A stretch of 64,000 nucleotides of DNA from Rhodothermales bacterium (GCA_040904565.1 JBBDTI010000084.1:11939-75938); one strand, 5' to 3'; positions 41,697 through 52,622 are shown, counted from the first letter of the stretch. Numbers and translations are program-made. Notes: generated from the letters alone by a model not told the origin.

Positions 41697-42812
41697 ATGC
41701 CGTTCATCGTTCGCTTCATTGCACTGAGTTTGTTGCTTACGGGGACCGCCTGCGGTCAGAGTACGGACCGCCTCGTTGCGGAGCGGTCGGACTGGCAGAC
41801 CGAATGGGATCGACGGTCGATCGACCTGAGTGAACTCATCCCGGGAGGGCCGCCCAAAGACGGTATTCCATCCATCGACGATCCTTCGTTTGTTTCGATA
41901 CAGGACGCACGTCCCTGGCTTGAGGGGAAGGAGCCTGTGATTTCGCTCGCGATCGAGGATGAGGCGCGAGCCTATCCGCTCCAGATCATGACCTACCACG
42001 AGATCGCGAACCACGAACTGGCCGATACCCCGGTCGTCGTGTCCTTCTGCCCGCTGTGTTACAGCGCCGTCGTGTTTTCACGCGACGTGGGTGGGGAGGT
42101 GCTGACGTTCGGCGTATCCGGACTCCTGCGCCACTCCGATCTCGTCATGTTCGATCGGCAGTCGGAGAGCCTGTGGCAGCAGGTTACGGGGGAGGCCATC
42201 GTGGGCGGTTACACCGGCACGACGCTGGATCGCATCCCGGCCCAGATCATCTCGTTCGCACAGTTCGCGGAGAGCTATCCGGACGGTCTCGTACTGTCGC
42301 GCGATACGGGCTACGATCGGCCGTACGGACGGAATCCGTATGCGGGATATGACGACGTTGGACGGCGCCCGTTTCTGTATGACGGACCGACGGACGAACG
42401 TCTTCCGCCCATGGAAAAAGTCGTCGCCGTCGAGTCGGGAGAGAGCTACAAGGCCTACCCGCACAGCGTCACGCGTGAGCGCCGGGTAATCCATGATGAG
42501 CTGGACGGGAGGGCCATCGTCGTGTTTCATGCCGACGGCGCCGTATCGGCTCTGGATGCGGCCGAGATCCCTTCGAGCCGCGAAATCGGATCGACGGGCG
42601 TGTTCGAACGCAGCGTGGGCGAGCGGACACTACACTTTGATTACGACGATGGGCGGTTCGTCGACCGGGAAACCGGAAGTAGGTGGACGATAACCGGTGA
42701 GGCCTTAGACGGTCCGTTGCGCGGACAGCGCCTGACGCCGCTCGACCACGGTGATTATTTCTCGTTCGCCTGGTTCGCCTTCAGACCCGATACGGAGATT
42801 TACACGCCGTGA
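41697..42812 (+). CDS. DUF3179 family lipoprotein
   Basis: TAC lipobox; GGPPKDGIPSID.P, ARAYP, HEI.N, SFCPLC, FGVSGLL, DRQSESLWQQ, FAW.AF.P. Confidence 0.9.
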   Translation: MPFIVRFIALSLLLTGTACGQSTDRLVAERSDWQTEWDRRSIDLSELIPGGPPKDGIPSIDDPSFVSIQDARPWLEGKEPVISLAIEDEARAYPLQIMTYHEIANHELADTPVVVSFCPLCYSAVVFSRDVGGEVLTFGVSGLLRHSDLVMFDRQSESLWQQVTGEAIVGGYTGTTLDRIPAQIISFAQFAESYPDGLVLSRDTGYDRPYGRNPYAGYDDVGRRPFLYDGPTDERLPPMEKVVAVESGESYKAYPHSVTRERRVIHDELDGRAIVVFHADGAVSALDAAEIPSSREIGSTGVFERSVGERTLHFDYDDGRFVDRETGSRWTITGEALDGPLRGQRLTPLDHGDYFSFAWFAFRPDTEIYTP

Positions 42813-42833
42813 GCCAACACCTCAACCGCCGGT

Positions 42834-45800
42834 TCACGGACCCGACTCGTTCGCGCGCAGCGTGGTCAAATACTCGACGAGATTGACGAGTTCGTTCTCC
42901 GTCATCGTTCGATGCAGGCCTTCAGGCATCAGCGATGCGTCGAGGCGGGAGATGGATGCGATGTCGCTCCGCGCGTAGCGCTGCGTCACGCCGCTCCGGA
43001 CGCGAACGTCAACGGCTTCGTCCGTCCGGCTCTGGATAAATCCAACCACCTCGCCGCCGTCGTGGAGGCGGACCAGGTACGGCTCGTAGCCGAAGTTTAT
43101 CCCGGCATTCGGGTCGAGGATGGACAGGTAGAGGCCTTCTTTGGGCAGCTTGGATCCGACCTCCGTGAGCTCGGGACCGAACGGTACGCCCGAGCCGCTG
43201 ACGAGATGGCACGAGCTGCACGCGCGTTCGAAGACCGTCCGCCCGGCGTCCGGGTCGCCGGTCCGTGCCGCCAGCTCCTGAATCGGCTGAAGTTCTTCAC
43301 TGAGCGCGGACGTGGACACGTCGAGGTGCCGCGCGACGCCGTCACGAATGAACGCTCTGGACGCGGCGAGCAGCACGTCGGCGGCGGCCGCATGCAGTTC
43401 CGACGGCAAGTGGCCCGCCTCGATCATTTCGAGCAGCCGCCGCTCGCCTCCCCAGCCCGTGCCCAGCCCGCGAACCGCCTCTCGCCGCACGCTCACGTCC
43501 ATGGACGGGTCCAGCACGAAACGCTCCAGAAGATCTTTAGCGGCCGTATCCTCGAACCGGCCGAGTCCACGCACGAGACGGGTGGATGCTTCTACGTCGC
43601 CGCTCGAAAGCACGTCGGCGATCGCCGGACCGCCATCCAGCCGCACGAGCTGCCGCACGGCTTCCAGCGCGAGCTCGCCCGTGGGCTCCTCGACGACGAT
43701 GTCGATGAGCTCGTCTCCGCGGTCCCGCATATCGAAGCGGGAGACGAGGTCCACGAACAATTGGGTCCCGCGAAGGGCGGCGAGTGTCTCCTCCAGGACG
43801 GACAGCACGGAGGGATCGTCGATGACCGACGCATTCGTGACGTGTTTCAGCGCCAGCGCGCGGACCTGCGGCCGATCCGGAGGTGTCTCACGCAGGAGGT
43901 CCAGCAAGACGCGGTCCCGGGAAGGGTCGTCGTGAAAGTCGAAGGCTCTGAAGTAACGGAGCCGTTCCGCGTCCGTCGTGGCATCGTCCAGAATGAGCAC
44001 GGCCAGGAGCGGCATGGCGGCGGTCGCCCGAGCGCGCCAGACGACGTCGCGTCCGCCGGGGGTGTCCCATCCCTCACCGACGCGGTCCTGCCATGTGGCG
44101 AAAACGGCGTTCCACCTCGTGTCCGATGCATCGCCGGTCTGATCGCCAGCTTCACCGCCAGCTTCACGGCCAGTTTCATCGCCGGCTTCACCGTTTGCTT
44201 GCCGACCTGCCTGACGGCCCGCGGTTTCATTCGCACGTGACGGCCCTTCCGCTCCGATGCCGAGCGCCTCGAGGTACCATCGGTCGGCCCCGTCGTGCTG
44301 GAGGGCCAGCTCGGCCCAGAGTTCGGGCATTTCGTCTGCATCCAGATAACGAAGCGCGATGGCGACCTCTCGTCGGACCTGCGGCGATGGATCGTTGACG
44401 ACGCGCCGCAGGAAGGGAACCAGATTCGCATCCAGCTGCCGGACGGCGCGCACGGCCGTAGCGCGGATGTCCGGATCGTCGTCCGCCAGCGCCTCCATCA
44501 CGTAGTGCTCGCCCCGCCCGTCGATCTTCGACAGCAGCCAGAGCGCGCGTGCGCGGTACCGGGCACGGTCGGACTCCCATAGGGCGATCAGGGCGGGCTC
44601 CGCCTCCCGCTGCAGCGCGTGCAGCCGGTTCCAGGCGAGATAGCGGACGGCCTGATTCGGACTCTTGAGCGCCTCGGCGGCTCCTTCGGCGGACGAGACG
44701 TCTACGTCCGGCACCCGGTAGGGCACGCCGGGTGGGGCGACGCGAAAGACGCGGCCGCGGCCCTCTGCGTCGGCCTTCTCGTGGCCGCCTACCACGGGAT
44801 CATACCAGTCCGCGATGAACAGCGACCCGTCCGGCGCCGTCGTGACGTCGGCCGGTCTGAAGCGCTGATCGCGCGTGCCCCGCACGACGTCCAGCATCGT
44901 GGCCCGGTACCCGGCACCGTCCGTCGTCACCGGGTACCCGCGCACCACGTTTGGACCGGCATCGGCGTGGATGATCTGACCCTGAAACCGTGCGGGAAGC
45001 AGATCGCCCTCATAGACGAGGATACCCGTAGGCGACCCCGCGCCCGTGTGCAGGAGGTTGGGTACGACGCCCGGGTCGTTCAGGTGCCAGTGACGGTCCG
45101 GAATGAGCTCCTCACGGTTGGTCCGCGCCGCGCGCCAGCCGGCTCCCGTAATCTCATCCACGTACCCGAAGTTGCCGTACTCCATGACATAATTGATGCG
45201 TACGGAGCGGTTGCCGTCGTCGTCGTTGTCGGACTGCCACATCGTGCCGAACGCGTCGACGGCTACCTCATAGTTGTTTCGGAAGTTGTGCCCGAGGACC
45301 TCGAACGCGCTCCCGTCCGGGTTGCTGCGGAAGACCATCCCCTCGCGAAACTCGTCGCCTTCCACGACGTCGGAACCGGATCGATCGACGATGACGTTCC
45401 CGTCGCGATCCAGGATCTGCCTGCCGGCGTTCCCGAAATTGAAATAGAACTTGCCGTCGGGACCGAACACGACGGCGTGCATGCCATGATCGTGATCCTC
45501 GCCGTCGATGCCCGTAAAGAGGACCTCTTTCGCATCCGCGCGGCCATCGCCGTCCTCATCCGTAAAGACGAACACGTTCGGGCTGGCGGAGACGACGACG
45601 CGGTCGCCCAGTACGGCGATACCGAGAGCCGCGTTGATGTCCGTGCCCTGATAGAACACGGTCTGCTCGTCGGCGACGCCGTCGCCGGACGTATCTTCTA
45701 GAATGAGAATGTGGTCCCCTTCCGGTCGCTCCGGATTGTTGGGATTGCGGGGGATCCGGTAATTGACGACCTCGAGCACCCAGACGCGCCCGAGATGATC

Positions 45801-46025
45801 GACGTCCATATTGGACGGACTCACGAGCAGCGGTTCGGCCGCAAAGAGGCTGACTTCGAGCCCTTCGGCCGCGGTGAGTCCGGTTGCGGCCCATTCGGGG
45901 AGCCTGCGTTCTTCCGGTGTTAAGCGCGCATAGGAAGCCTCCGCGCCGTCCTGCGCGATGCACGGCGAAAGGAGGAGCAGGCAGACGACGGCGAGATGAG
46001 TTGCGGTGCGAAAGAGCGTATGCAT
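42834..46025 (-). CDS. PVC-type membrane-associated dehydrogenase-like protein: beta-propeller, HEAT repeats, C-terminal CxxCH cytochrome
   Basis: LFAAEP, GRVWV.E, NFRNNYE, GAGSPTG, DGSLFIADWYD; CSSCH..GPELT..SILDP..SLMPEGL. Confidence 0.92.
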   Translation of the reverse strand: MHTLFRTATHLAVVCLLLLSPCIAQDGAEASYARLTPEERRLPEWAATGLTAAEGLEVSLFAAEPLLVSPSNMDVDHLGRVWVLEVVNYRIPRNPNNPERPEGDHILILEDTSGDGVADEQTVFYQGTDINAALGIAVLGDRVVVSASPNVFVFTDEDGDGRADAKEVLFTGIDGEDHDHGMHAVVFGPDGKFYFNFGNAGRQILDRDGNVIVDRSGSDVVEGDEFREGMVFRSNPDGSAFEVLGHNFRNNYEVAVDAFGTMWQSDNDDDGNRSVRINYVMEYGNFGYVDEITGAGWRAARTNREELIPDRHWHLNDPGVVPNLLHTGAGSPTGILVYEGDLLPARFQGQIIHADAGPNVVRGYPVTTDGAGYRATMLDVVRGTRDQRFRPADVTTAPDGSLFIADWYDPVVGGHEKADAEGRGRVFRVAPPGVPYRVPDVDVSSAEGAAEALKSPNQAVRYLAWNRLHALQREAEPALIALWESDRARYRARALWLLSKIDGRGEHYVMEALADDDPDIRATAVRAVRQLDANLVPFLRRVVNDPSPQVRREVAIALRYLDADEMPELWAELALQHDGADRWYLEALGIGAEGPSRANETAGRQAGRQANGEAGDETGREAGGEAGDQTGDASDTRWNAVFATWQDRVGEGWDTPGGRDVVWRARATAAMPLLAVLILDDATTDAERLRYFRAFDFHDDPSRDRVLLDLLRETPPDRPQVRALALKHVTNASVIDDPSVLSVLEETLAALRGTQLFVDLVSRFDMRDRGDELIDIVVEEPTGELALEAVRQLVRLDGGPAIADVLSSGDVEASTRLVRGLGRFEDTAAKDLLERFVLDPSMDVSVRREAVRGLGTGWGGERRLLEMIEAGHLPSELHAAAADVLLAASRAFIRDGVARHLDVSTSALSEELQPIQELAARTGDPDAGRTVFERACSSCHLVSGSGVPFGPELTEVGSKLPKEGLYLSILDPNAGINFGYEPYLVRLHDGGEVVGFIQSRTDEAVDVRVRSGVTQRYARSDIASISRLDASLMPEGLHRTMTENELVNLVEYLTTLRANESGP
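44130..44213. repeat. Degenerate 12-bp tandem repeat (about 7 units) inside the CDS
   Basis: atcgccggtctg atcgccagcttc accgccagcttc acggccagtttc atcgccggcttc..., encoding QAGRQANGEAGDETGREAGGEAGDQTGD. Confidence 0.7.
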
Positions 46026-46123
46026 GAGAACAGGATGTCTGCAACAGGTGTGGGGCGACCTGACAGCACGCCACTCACGACGATTCTGCTCGTCCGGCGC
46101 TCGTTCAGTTTGGCGGAGGCGGG

Positions 46124-47320
46124 CTACATCTCCGTCCGATTCCAGTAGATGATGAGATTGTGCGTATCGCGGCCCGCCGCGACGACGTCCAACCGGCCGT
46201 CTCCGTCGAGGTCGGCCACCTTGAGATCTTCAACGGCCATCGTGTTCTCGTCGAGGACGTGCTCGGCCCAGTTCGTGCCGGACGCGTTCACGGGAACGAA
46301 CAGCCGGATGCCTACCCGGTCGGCCTCGTTCGGGTCTCGCCAGCCGGCCACGATCTGATCTCTTCCAAGGCCGAGCAGATCGGCCGCGGCCAGTCCGTGC
46401 CCCTGGTTGAAGTCGTCGGCCAGGACGTGACGCTGCATCTCCTCGCCCGGCAGGTACACGTTGACGGTGTTGCCGTGCATCGGCTCGATGGTCGTGATGA
46501 GATCGGCGTCGCCGAAACGCCCGTACCGAATCTCGCCGATGCCTTCATCTACTCCGACGCCCTCGATCCGCTCGGCTGAACTCTCCATCCACATTCCACC
46601 GATCGGCTCAACCGTGACGGCTCCCTGCCGTCCGCCGACGTACAGGCGATCCCTGTCGCCGAGCGAGCGCACGTCGAAGTTGTGCGTCATATTGAGGCTC
46701 TCGTCCAGAAGAATCGTTTCCCAATCGCCGCGAGGATCGTCGGGCATGAGGTAGGCGAGCACCCGCACGCCGGCGCCCTCCCCGCCCTGATTCCCTCGTC
46801 CGTGCAGCGGAAGAACGACCAGCGCATAGTCGCCCGCGCTCGTCTGCGCCCAGTGCATGCGGTGCACGGTCGGTTCGTTCGGCAGCGTTACGACCTCCCA
46901 CTGCTGGGTAGGATCGGAGGGGCGGATGAGGTAGTGGACGGAACCGGAAGCATTGGGGTCGCTCGTCTCACCCGGATTCCATTGCGCACCCACCGCGACT
47001 TCAACCCGGCCATCCCCATTGATGTCGCGCGCCGTGATGCACACGTTGTCCCGCTCGGTAAGATTTTCGGCGATAACGAATCGCTGCCAGTCTCCATTCC
47101 TGTACCAGACGATTTCCGTCTTATCGGCCAGCAGTACGTCAGGATCGCCGTCGCCGTCCACGTCGCCGATGGCCAGACCGTAGCCGATGGCTACGTCGTC
47201 GTCGACGGTCTGCGCCTCGAACACCGGATCGGGAGGCTGCTGTGCCGGCGCCGAACCGCATCCGAACGCGGAGGTGAACAGGACAATCAGAACGATCGAT
47301 GGAAGAGGGCGGTAGCGCAT
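46124..47320 (-). CDS. FG-GAP/VCBS-repeat beta-propeller lipoprotein, aldos-2-ulose dehydratase-like
   Basis: GDVDGDGDPD, DINGDGR, DLDGDGRLD; PTVHRMHW, PLHG, IEPMHGN, GHGL. Confidence 0.8.
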   Translation of the reverse strand: MRYRPLPSIVLIVLFTSAFGCGSAPAQQPPDPVFEAQTVDDDVAIGYGLAIGDVDGDGDPDVLLADKTEIVWYRNGDWQRFVIAENLTERDNVCITARDINGDGRVEVAVGAQWNPGETSDPNASGSVHYLIRPSDPTQQWEVVTLPNEPTVHRMHWAQTSAGDYALVVLPLHGRGNQGGEGAGVRVLAYLMPDDPRGDWETILLDESLNMTHNFDVRSLGDRDRLYVGGRQGAVTVEPIGGMWMESSAERIEGVGVDEGIGEIRYGRFGDADLITTIEPMHGNTVNVYLPGEEMQRHVLADDFNQGHGLAAADLLGLGRDQIVAGWRDPNEADRVGIRLFVPVNASGTNWAEHVLDENTMAVEDLKVADLDGDGRLDVVAAGRDTHNLIIYWNRTEM

Positions 47321-47623
47321 GTATTCCTACTCTAAGTTGATGGCGGCCCCTTCCTCACGTCGAGGTGAAATGCGCACTACGGGGCGCTTGATACGGTAAT
47401 CGTTTTTCGAGCGATACGCAAGCTGCGTGCGGGTGAGAGGGTGACGAGATGGAATGATTGCCGCACGGCATGGATCGGATTCCATGAGTTCTTGGCCGTG
47501 CACAGCTCCGTGGGAAGGGGACGTGTCCTTATATTAGGGGCGAGATACTTGGCGGGGAACTATTGATCGGCCAGACCTCTTCTCAAAGTATCGCACTTTT
47601 CGACGCAGACGCGGGCGGCAAAC

Positions 47624-48751
47624 ATGTCCACCACGAAGATTCGATTCAACAACAAGGACGTAGCTGACTTCGTGCCGGAGGTTCGTCGACGGGTGGCGGA
47701 ATACTTCGAGTCGACGGGACGCTCGCAGAAGGCGGACGGACGGATGGTATTCAAGACGATCGTGCTTCTCGGTAGCGTGCTCGCCTGCTACCTGTTGATC
47801 CTGAGCGGCTGGTTCACGCCGTGGCAGATGCTCGCCCTGGCGGTTTTGATGGGCGTCGGCATGGCCGGTGTCGGTTTTTCCGTCTCGCACGATGCGCTGC
47901 ACGGCGCCTATTCATCGAACAGGCGCGTCAACGAGCTGCTGGGCTACAGCTTCGACGCGCTCGGCGCCAACGGATGTATGTGGAAGATCACGCACAACGT
48001 GATCCATCATACCTACACCAACATACACGGCGTCGACGAAGACCTGTCCGTTTCCCCCTTGCTCCGCCTCTCTCCGGAGGCTCCCCACCTGTGGTTCCAC
48101 CGGTTTCAGCACGTGTACGGATTTTTCGCGTACAGCCTCGCGACGCTGAACTGGTTGTTCGTTAAGGACTACCAGCAGTTCTTGAAGAAGGATATCGGTC
48201 CGTATACGGACAAAACCCATCCGCGCAAGGAGTGGGTCATTCTCATCGTCGGCAAGCTCTTTGCCTATCTGACGATGATCGTGCTTCCTCTGCTCGTGCT
48301 GGATATCACGTGGTGGCAGTTCCTGATTGGATTTCTTGCCGTGCATTTGACGGCAGGCGCGATTCTCGGGATTATCTTTCAGCTCGCCCACGTGGTGGAG
48401 GGGCCCGAGTATCCGCTGCCGGACGAGCAGGGCGTGATGGAGCACGAGTGGCTGATCCACGAGATGCATACGACGGCCAACTTTGCGGCGGACAACCACC
48501 TGCTGTCCTGGTACGTGGGTGGACTCAACTATCAGATCGAGCATCATCTTTTTCCCCAGATCTGCTCGATCCACTATCCGGCCATCAGCTCAATCGTCCG
48601 CGAGACGGCCCGCGAGCACGGCGTCCCGTATCACTACAACCCGACGCTTCGGGCGGCGATGCGGTCACATCACCGTATGCTCAGGCGGTTCGGGCCGGAG
48701 GCTGCTGACCGGGTGCGGCACGAACGGGACGTGGAACGTTCGGCGGCCTGA
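47624..48751 (+). CDS. Membrane fatty acid (acyl-CoA) desaturase
   Basis: His boxes HDALH, HNVIHH, QIEHHLFP; FQLAHVV. Confidence 0.93.
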   Translation: MSTTKIRFNNKDVADFVPEVRRRVAEYFESTGRSQKADGRMVFKTIVLLGSVLACYLLILSGWFTPWQMLALAVLMGVGMAGVGFSVSHDALHGAYSSNRRVNELLGYSFDALGANGCMWKITHNVIHHTYTNIHGVDEDLSVSPLLRLSPEAPHLWFHRFQHVYGFFAYSLATLNWLFVKDYQQFLKKDIGPYTDKTHPRKEWVILIVGKLFAYLTMIVLPLLVLDITWWQFLIGFLAVHLTAGAILGIIFQLAHVVEGPEYPLPDEQGVMEHEWLIHEMHTTANFAADNHLLSWYVGGLNYQIEHHLFPQICSIHYPAISSIVRETAREHGVPYHYNPTLRAAMRSHHRMLRRFGPEAADRVRHERDVERSAA

Positions 48752-48826
48752 TCGGGCGGTACCGGGCATCGGAGCGACGGACGGTGTCGTCGCGCGACGA
48801 AAGTGATTAGCATGACGGGGAAGTCG

Positions 48827-51556
48827 ATGACGGATAATACGGCGACGGAGTTGGAGGAAGTGGAGACGCCCGGTGCCGGCCCACCAGGGCCCTGGCACAC
48901 GCTGTCTACTGACGTTATCGAGCGGCATCTCGAGGTAGGGGACCAGGGTCTTTCGGATGAAGAGATCGCTCGTCGGCGTGCGAAGTACGGACCGAATGAG
49001 ATCGAGCAGGAGCGCGAAAAATCCAGGTGGAGCATTCTCCTTCACCAGTTCAACGACCCGCTGATCTATATCCTCATCGCGGCGGCGTTCGTGACGTTCG
49101 CGCTTCAGGACTTCACGGACACGGGCGTCATTATGGCCGTGGTCGTGCTCAATGCGGCGATAGGCTACGTGCAGGAGGTCCGTGCACAGCAGGCCATGCG
49201 CGCGCTGTCGAAGCTCAGCGCGCCGAAGGCCGAGGTTTTTCGGGACGGTCGAAGCCGGACGGTGCCCAGCAGGGACCTCGTCCCGGGAGACGTGGTGCTG
49301 CTGACGTCCGGCGTACGTATTCCGGCCGACCTGCGCCTGGTTCGAACGGTGGACCTGGAGCTGGACGAATCCGCGCTGACGGGCGAGTCCGTGCCCGTCC
49401 GCAAGTCGATCGAACCCCTCGAAGATGCCCAGCTCGTTGCAGGAGACCAGGTCAACATGGCTTTCGCCGGAACGGTCGTCACCCGCGGACGCGGCCGGGC
49501 CGTCGTCGTGCGTACCGGCGCATCCACCGAGCTGGGGCAGATCGCCGAATCGATGCGCGACATCGGGGAGACGAAGTCGCCCCTCCAGGTCACGATGGAT
49601 CGATTCGGCAAGCGGATCGGAGCCGCGATCGTCGGGCTTTCGGTACTGGTAGCCGTCGTCGGCGTGCTCCGGGCGATGCCTCCGGAAGAAATCTTTCTCG
49701 CGGCCGTCGCGATGGCGGTGTCCGCCATCCCCGAGGGACTCCCGGTCGTGCTGACGCTGACCTTCGCGATCGGGGTTCGCCGCATGGCGCAGCGCCAGGC
49801 CATCATCCGGTCGCTTCCCGCCGTGGAGACGCTCGGAAGTGCAACGTTGATCGGATCCGACAAGACGGGCACGCTGACCAAGAACGAGATGACGGTCAAG
49901 GGCGTGTGGGCGGCCGGCCGTTTCTACGAGCTAACGGGCGCGGGCTATTCGCCGGACGGCGCGGTTCGCCTGGCGGACAGAAGCGTGAATGCGTCGGAGA
50001 TCGAGCCGCTGAAGCAGACGCTCCTTGCCGGCGCACTGGCGAACGAGGCGGACACGGACTTCCTTGCCGGGGGCGATCCGTCCGGCGATCCGACGGAGCT
50101 TGCGCTGCACGTGGCCGCCGCGAAGGGCGGCATCCATCCCCATGACGTGCGGGACGCCTACGAACAGGTAGACCTGATTCCGTTCGAGCCCGAACTCCGC
50201 TTCATGGCGTCGCTCAATGAGACGCCGGACGGCCGTCGCTTGTACGTCAAGGGAGCTCCGGAAGTGCTTATCGACCGGTGCGAACGGCAGCTCGGGCCCG
50301 AAGGCCTGCAGGATCTTCAGGCGGATGAAATCCGGGAAGCCGCCGACGAGCTGGCGCGGCAGGGCTACCGCGTCCTGGCGATGGCCTACCGTTCGTTCGA
50401 CGGCGACAAGGCCGATGTATCCGCGGCCGGGTCCGATCTCGTCTTTGCCGGCTTGCAGGGCATGGAAGACCCCGTTCGTGAGGAGGCGGTACAGGCGGTT
50501 CGGGATGCCCATCAGGCCGGCATCCGCGTCGTCATGCTGACGGGAGATCATAAGGAGACGGCGCTGGCCATCGGACGCCGGCTCGATCTCGACCCGGAGG
50601 AGCACGGTGTCGTGGAAGGCAAGGATCTCGACGGCCTGTCGGACGACGAGCTCGACCCCATCCTGGACAGTGTCAACGTATATGCACGCGTCGCACCCGA
50701 GCACAAGCTGCGCATCGTCCAGCGCCTCTCCGATCGGGGTGAGGTCGTGGCCGTGACGGGTGACGGCGTCAACGACGCACCGGCGCTCCGTGCGGCCCAC
50801 CTGGGCATAGCGATGGGCAAAGGGGGTACGGACGTCGCCCGCGAAGCCTCCGATATCGTCTTGACGGACGACAATTTCGCCACGATCACCGCGGCCGTCG
50901 AGGAGGGCCGGGTCGTCTTCTCGAATATTCGGAAGGTGACGTTCTTTCTCCTATCCACGGCGGTCGGTGAAGTGATAGCGATCACGCTCGCCATTCTCGC
51001 CGGATGGCCGCTGCCGTTCGTCGCGGCGCAGATTCTGTGGATAAATCTCGTCACGAACGGACTCCAGGATGTCGCCCTGGCGTTCGAAAAGGGCGAACCC
51101 GGACTGCTCCGACGCCCGCCGCGGTCCCGTAAGGAAGGGATCGTCACGCGCCGGCTGCTGGAACGACTCGGCTCGGTGGGTCTCGTACTCGCGGCCGGGA
51201 CGCTGGGCATGTTCTGGTGGACGCTGGAAACGACGGGCGACCTGGATTTGGCCCGAACGGTCGCCATGACGCAGATGGTCATGTTTCAGTTCTTCCACGT
51301 GTTCAACTGCCGGTCGCTCGATCGGTCGGTGTTCGCCATCTCACCGTTTTCGAACCGGTTCCTGTTCGTCAGCATCTCCGCGGCATTGGCCGCGCACCTC
51401 GCCGTGATCTACGTACCGTGGCTTCAAACCATCTTCCGGACCGTTCCCCTGACGCCGGGCGACTGGCTCGTGATTACACTCGTGGCAACAAGCGTAATCA
51501 TTGGGGGAGAACTCGACAAGTGGTGGAACCGCCGAAGACATCGCCCGCTCGGGTGA
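48827..51556 (+). CDS. P-type IIA cation (Ca2+-like) transporting ATPase
   Basis: DESALTGES, AIPEGL, SDKTGTLT, KGAPE, TGD, TGDGVNDAPAL, QILWINLVT; start could be 48803, 48812 or 48827. Confidence 0.95.
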   Translation: MTDNTATELEEVETPGAGPPGPWHTLSTDVIERHLEVGDQGLSDEEIARRRAKYGPNEIEQEREKSRWSILLHQFNDPLIYILIAAAFVTFALQDFTDTGVIMAVVVLNAAIGYVQEVRAQQAMRALSKLSAPKAEVFRDGRSRTVPSRDLVPGDVVLLTSGVRIPADLRLVRTVDLELDESALTGESVPVRKSIEPLEDAQLVAGDQVNMAFAGTVVTRGRGRAVVVRTGASTELGQIAESMRDIGETKSPLQVTMDRFGKRIGAAIVGLSVLVAVVGVLRAMPPEEIFLAAVAMAVSAIPEGLPVVLTLTFAIGVRRMAQRQAIIRSLPAVETLGSATLIGSDKTGTLTKNEMTVKGVWAAGRFYELTGAGYSPDGAVRLADRSVNASEIEPLKQTLLAGALANEADTDFLAGGDPSGDPTELALHVAAAKGGIHPHDVRDAYEQVDLIPFEPELRFMASLNETPDGRRLYVKGAPEVLIDRCERQLGPEGLQDLQADEIREAADELARQGYRVLAMAYRSFDGDKADVSAAGSDLVFAGLQGMEDPVREEAVQAVRDAHQAGIRVVMLTGDHKETALAIGRRLDLDPEEHGVVEGKDLDGLSDDELDPILDSVNVYARVAPEHKLRIVQRLSDRGEVVAVTGDGVNDAPALRAAHLGIAMGKGGTDVAREASDIVLTDDNFATITAAVEEGRVVFSNIRKVTFFLLSTAVGEVIAITLAILAGWPLPFVAAQILWINLVTNGLQDVALAFEKGEPGLLRRPPRSRKEGIVTRRLLERLGSVGLVLAAGTLGMFWWTLETTGDLDLARTVAMTQMVMFQFFHVFNCRSLDRSVFAISPFSNRFLFVSISAALAAHLAVIYVPWLQTIFRTVPLTPGDWLVITLVATSVIIGGELDKWWNRRRHRPLG

Positions 51557-51599
51557 GTCGGATCGTTCGCGGCGGTCGAATAAAAGCGCCGCGCAAGGT

Positions 51600-52304
51600 T
51601 CACTCATCGAAGAGATGGGGGTTGCGGTCGATGAACTTGCGGATCCACGCCTCGAAAAACGACTGCTTCTCGGCCTTCATGTACATCCAGCCCAGGAAGC
51701 CTACGATAGCCGCGCCGACCGTATCGAGGATGAGATCCCACATCGTATCGGTCAGACCGGACGGATCGCCGAGCATGGGTTTCTGCATCTGCGTCCCCAG
51801 CATCTGGTCTACCCCGAATTCAAAGATCTCCCAGACCACGCCCACGGCCATGGCGAACAATACGGCGAAGAGCGCGACGAACCGAGGGCGCATGTGCAGT
51901 TCGACGCGCTCGCTTTCGTTGAGCAGGTAGACGAGCAGGAATCCCAGCACCCCCAGCAGGAGTCCCGAGCTCGCATGGAGGGCGAGATCCCACCACCAGT
52001 AGATCTCGTAGTAGCTGCGAATCTCGCCCAGGAACAGCGCCGCGAATACGAACGCGATGGCCAGCATCTGAAATTCGGGAGGGATGTCGACCGTCGTGCG
52101 ATGCCGCAGGAGGGCCGGCGCCGCCGTAACCCCCATAATCGTAAGGATCAGAAAGGCGTTGAGCCATTGTGCCCCGATTAGCGTCACGACGAGCTCCACG
52201 GCCATCACGACGAGCAGCACCGTAACGGTCCACCAGTGGATGCGGGCCCGCAGACTGTCGGAGCCTTTTCGGGGGATCTGTAGCCTGAACCTGGGTTCTT
52301 TCAT
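51600..52304 (-). CDS. DUF2238/YjdF-like integral membrane protein
   Basis: YY..WWWDLALHASSG, VWEIFEF, DTMWDL; multiple TMs. Confidence 0.8.
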   Translation of the reverse strand: MKEPRFRLQIPRKGSDSLRARIHWWTVTVLLVVMAVELVVTLIGAQWLNAFLILTIMGVTAAPALLRHRTTVDIPPEFQMLAIAFVFAALFLGEIRSYYEIYWWWDLALHASSGLLLGVLGFLLVYLLNESERVELHMRPRFVALFAVLFAMAVGVVWEIFEFGVDQMLGTQMQKPMLGDPSGLTDTMWDLILDTVGAAIVGFLGWMYMKAEKQSFFEAWIRKFIDRNPHLFDE

Positions 52305-52622
52305 GCCGCGTCGGGCCGTGAGGGTTGAGTCGAAACGTATGCGGTTGGAACGACGCCGTCGGTCGTACTAGTGTGTCGCAGTAGAGTGTCGTCGTGGAGT
52401 AATGTGCCGGGCCCGCAAAAATGTTTACCGATATGGGACGGCTACTTCAAAGCACTCCACATGGAAAAGATCGAACGCATCTACCGCACGTAATCTATTT
52501 CGACATCTATTTCAACGCGGCGTTATCGGCCGCGATCTACGTCACGTCGTTCGTGAAGAGTTGCCGATCACGCGATTTTCACGTACTCTAAAAGGACGTA
52601 TCATACACGAAGAGAGCCCGAG

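Noticed and set aside
41697-42812. Selenoprotein form of DUF3179
   Set aside because: The motif is plain CPLC and the ORF has no in-frame TGA.
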